Part shown: in pieces, positions 62,101-64,000 of the stretch | How the letters are laid out: each line of letters starts with the position of its first letter | Position numbering within the stretch: position 1 is the first letter of the stretch | Origin: Klebsormidium nitens | Taxonomy: Eukaryota > Plantae > Klebsormidiophyceae | Length of the DNA stretch: 64,000 nt | Direction: 5' to 3' | Assembly (NCBI GenBank): GCA_000708835.1 | Contig: DF237101.1 | Location: 1-64,000, forward strand | Notes under the pieces: generated by a model | Database searches by the model: none | Seen by the model: only the letters and a program-made list of their open reading frames with translations | Told to the model about the DNA's origin: nothing | Translations under genes and position numbers: made by a program

Positions 62101-64000
62101 CGCACGCGTGTGTCCGTATGGTGTGAGCCACAGCGGCTCGAACAACTTTTGTGTCCTGGTACGTGGTCGCGGTCTTTTCTACAAGTGCAACAGCTCCGAG
62201 TGCTGCGACGTTCATCCGCAGCGCAAGATCGGGGAGCTCACGGCACAGGAGAGCATGGTGTGGGGGGCGAGACGGCCTCGGTTGCTGAGGACGACCTGAC
62301 CGTGTACGACATGCTGACGAAGGCCTTTGTGGATTACTGGGCGTTTAAAGGAGACATGGGCGGCAGTCGGATTGTTGCGCAGATGTACTCCAGATGCCAC
62401 AGGTGAAGCTACCTTTCGTCGTTTCTCATTCAAGCTCCGCAATCTTGGGTGATTGTTTGAAGAGTTTCCAGGCTCTTTCAATACGTGACCTCAAATCCAA
62501 GATTGGTCGGGCTGTACTCCTCTCTTGTGAGCGAACTTCGACTTCTTGAGAGCCCTACCGAAATTGCAACTCGAATGGTGGCCGCTGATGCTGTGTCCGA
62601 ATGTCCAAGTTTTTGGAGTCAGCAACCTGAGATGACGTCAGCAGTCCCCCCTCGCTCCCTCGGCTCCAGTTGACAGCTTGCGTCGTGTCCGTGTGTCCTT
62701 TTGAGCCCGCAATCCCTTTGACGGCGGCAGCGATTGCGCCATAATCTCTTGCGGAACCAATCGTCTGCTTTGCATCTTGTGTCGGAGTGTCCCCATTTTG
62801 TGCACATCTCTTTCTTAGCAGCTCGGTGTGACAACCGCAGTCACCTCAACCGATGAGCCTTGCTTCGTTTGCACGTAGATCAATGGGCATCATGGCCCAG
62901 TTTTCCCACGATGGAGCTTGACTTTTCGAAGCGGCCAGAGAAGCGACACCTTTCCTCTTCCTTTTAACTGCAGGATCTGGTATGATTCGGAGGGCAAGAC
63001 TTGGTGGATATGGGATGGGAAGCGCTTCAAGCAGGCTGCAATCGAGACGGTCAAATATATCTGCATTCATCAGCTGAGCACCGTTTACGGTCGACTTCGA
63101 GCAGAATTGAAGGAGCAGATAGATGAGACCGTCGACGAGAATGAAAAAAAGTTGCTGAGCAAGCGTCTCGACAAAGTGAGACGCTACTACGACGCTGGTG
63201 AGATTGGCTCGACCTTGACGATCATGGCAGGGGAGATGGCCCTGGATTTGGTTGGGGAGCTGGACGCCAATCCGGACATCCTGAACGTTCAGAACGGGGT
63301 CATCAACCTGCGCACTGGCCAGCTCGACATTCACAGGCCGGAGTACTTGTGCACCAAGCTAGCTGACGTCAACTTCAAGGTGCGCTTCAAGGTTTTGGAT
63401 TGTGATGTCGTATTTGTGCAGCTGTAGAGACACATACCGCCAGAGTGTTGGTTGAATGAAGAGAAGAGGTCACCTCAGAGCTTCTTTGTGCTGATATCAA
63501 CCTCCATGAAACCCCTCGAAATCACATTTACAGATTGAGGGGTTTCTTGTATGAAACCTTGTGGCCTTTGTGAGATGTTGAAGTCTTGAGGCTGCCACCT
63601 CAGGAATTACTTGCACGTCCTAGCTTTGATCATGTCCAAGCAAGCCGAGATGCCATGCAAAGTAGTGTGCAGCAAGGACTTGATGCTTTCTGCGTTGTGG
63701 CCTTGCAAGTAAGCAGATCGTAAGAAGCTCCGGACGACCCGTTCCTTGCAGGGGCTCAGTCATCCGACCCCCACCATCCGCAATTTCCTGGACGACATCT
63801 TCAACGGCGACCAAGCACTCATTGAGTTCATGCGGAGGCTATGGGGGTACGCCATAAACGGGCGGATTAGCGAGGAGATCATTGTGTTCTTACTCGGGAG
63901 CGGCGGTAGGTCGCTCACACCAAAACCGCTCTGATTGCTCTTGTTTGGGCGTCTCTTGGGATCCCCGTTTTCGAAAGCAACCCAATGAGAGAGCAGTCTT
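56159..64000 (+). CDS. Spliced Prim-Pol/AEP + Zn-finger + D5_N + SF3 (P4/D5-like) primase-helicase with long low-complexity N-terminus; one frameshift; incomplete at the window end and 5' end uncertain
   Basis: Exons 56159-56341, 56572-56733, 57234-57476, 57775-57918, 59012-59638, 60231-60494, 60719-61374, 61912-62402, 62974-63379, 63752-63905. Motifs IVLDVD, GMHFFF, LDTRGEGGMVFVGPS (AEP); CPYGVSH...KCNSSEC (Zn finger); WWIWDGKRFK and LDANPDILNVQNGVINLRTG (D5_N); RLWGYAING...VFLLGSGG (start of Walker A). The core domains are well supported; joining the six N-terminal exons is less certain. Confidence 0.8.
56847..57148 (-). repeat. Bipartite intronic element, 3 reverse copies (one cut by a gap)
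   Basis: 56847-56908, 56958-gap and 57087-57148: TGTCCGAGTGTCCGAG ... TGACGTCAGCA. Confidence 0.9.
56979..57068. other. Assembly gap (90 N) inside the repeat cluster
   Basis: Run of N. Confidence 1.
57606..57667 (+). repeat. Bipartite intronic element, forward copy
   Basis: TGCTGACGTCACGAATGAGGCCCGAGCCCAGAAGGTAGGTCACAAACTCGGACACTCGGACA. Confidence 0.95.
58531..58923 (+). repeat. Bipartite intronic element, 4 forward copies (105-114 bp period)
   Basis: Starts at 58531, 58636, 58748 and 58862; each spans 62 bp from box A to the end of box B. Confidence 0.95.
61607..61770 (-). repeat. Bipartite intronic element, 2 reverse copies
   Basis: 61607-61667 and 61710-61770 (61 bp each). Confidence 0.92.
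62594..62643 (-). repeat. Bipartite intronic element, shortened reverse copy
   Basis: TGTCCGAATGTCCAAG...GATGACGTCAGCA, 50 bp. Confidence 0.8.

Noticed and set aside
1-64000. Most antisense and short ORFs in the six-frame track; rRNA and tRNA genes
   Set aside because: The ORFs are shadows of GC-rich exons or intron read-through; no rRNA or tRNA signature was recognised.

Overview
Eukaryotic, intron-rich genomic DNA from a green plant-lineage alga. Klebsormidium-like is my inference from the plant-type genes (PTST2, CYCU), GC3-rich exons and GT-AG introns. I rebuilt the gene models by hand and checked exon phases. Six conserved host genes: SLC25A44-like mitochondrial carrier (+), TruA/PUS pseudouridine synthase (+), U/P-type cyclin (-), R3H plus IGHMBP2/NAM7-like SF1 helicase (-), PTST2/FLO6-like CBM48 protein (+; first exon unresolved) and Canopy/DUF3456-like ER protein (-). 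The right end (from about 49.5 kb) looks accessory. It holds a spliced Crinkler-like nuclease-kinase candidate and a spliced, virus/phage-type Prim-Pol + Zn-finger + D5_N + SF3 primase-helicase that runs off the window. Two unexplained systems stand out. (1) Eleven copies of a bipartite intronic element (TGCTGACGTCA ... ACTCGGACACTCGGACA) with a nearly fixed 61-62 bp span, confined to introns of the primase-helicase gene. (2) Splice-junction echo arrays: at more than ten junctions in four host genes, the splice site plus the adjacent part of the exon is tandemly repeated into the intron in decayed form. There is also a 4-kb TpA-enriched (RIP-like) intergenic block and probable LINE remnants. 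No rRNA, tRNA or CRISPR arrays were seen.
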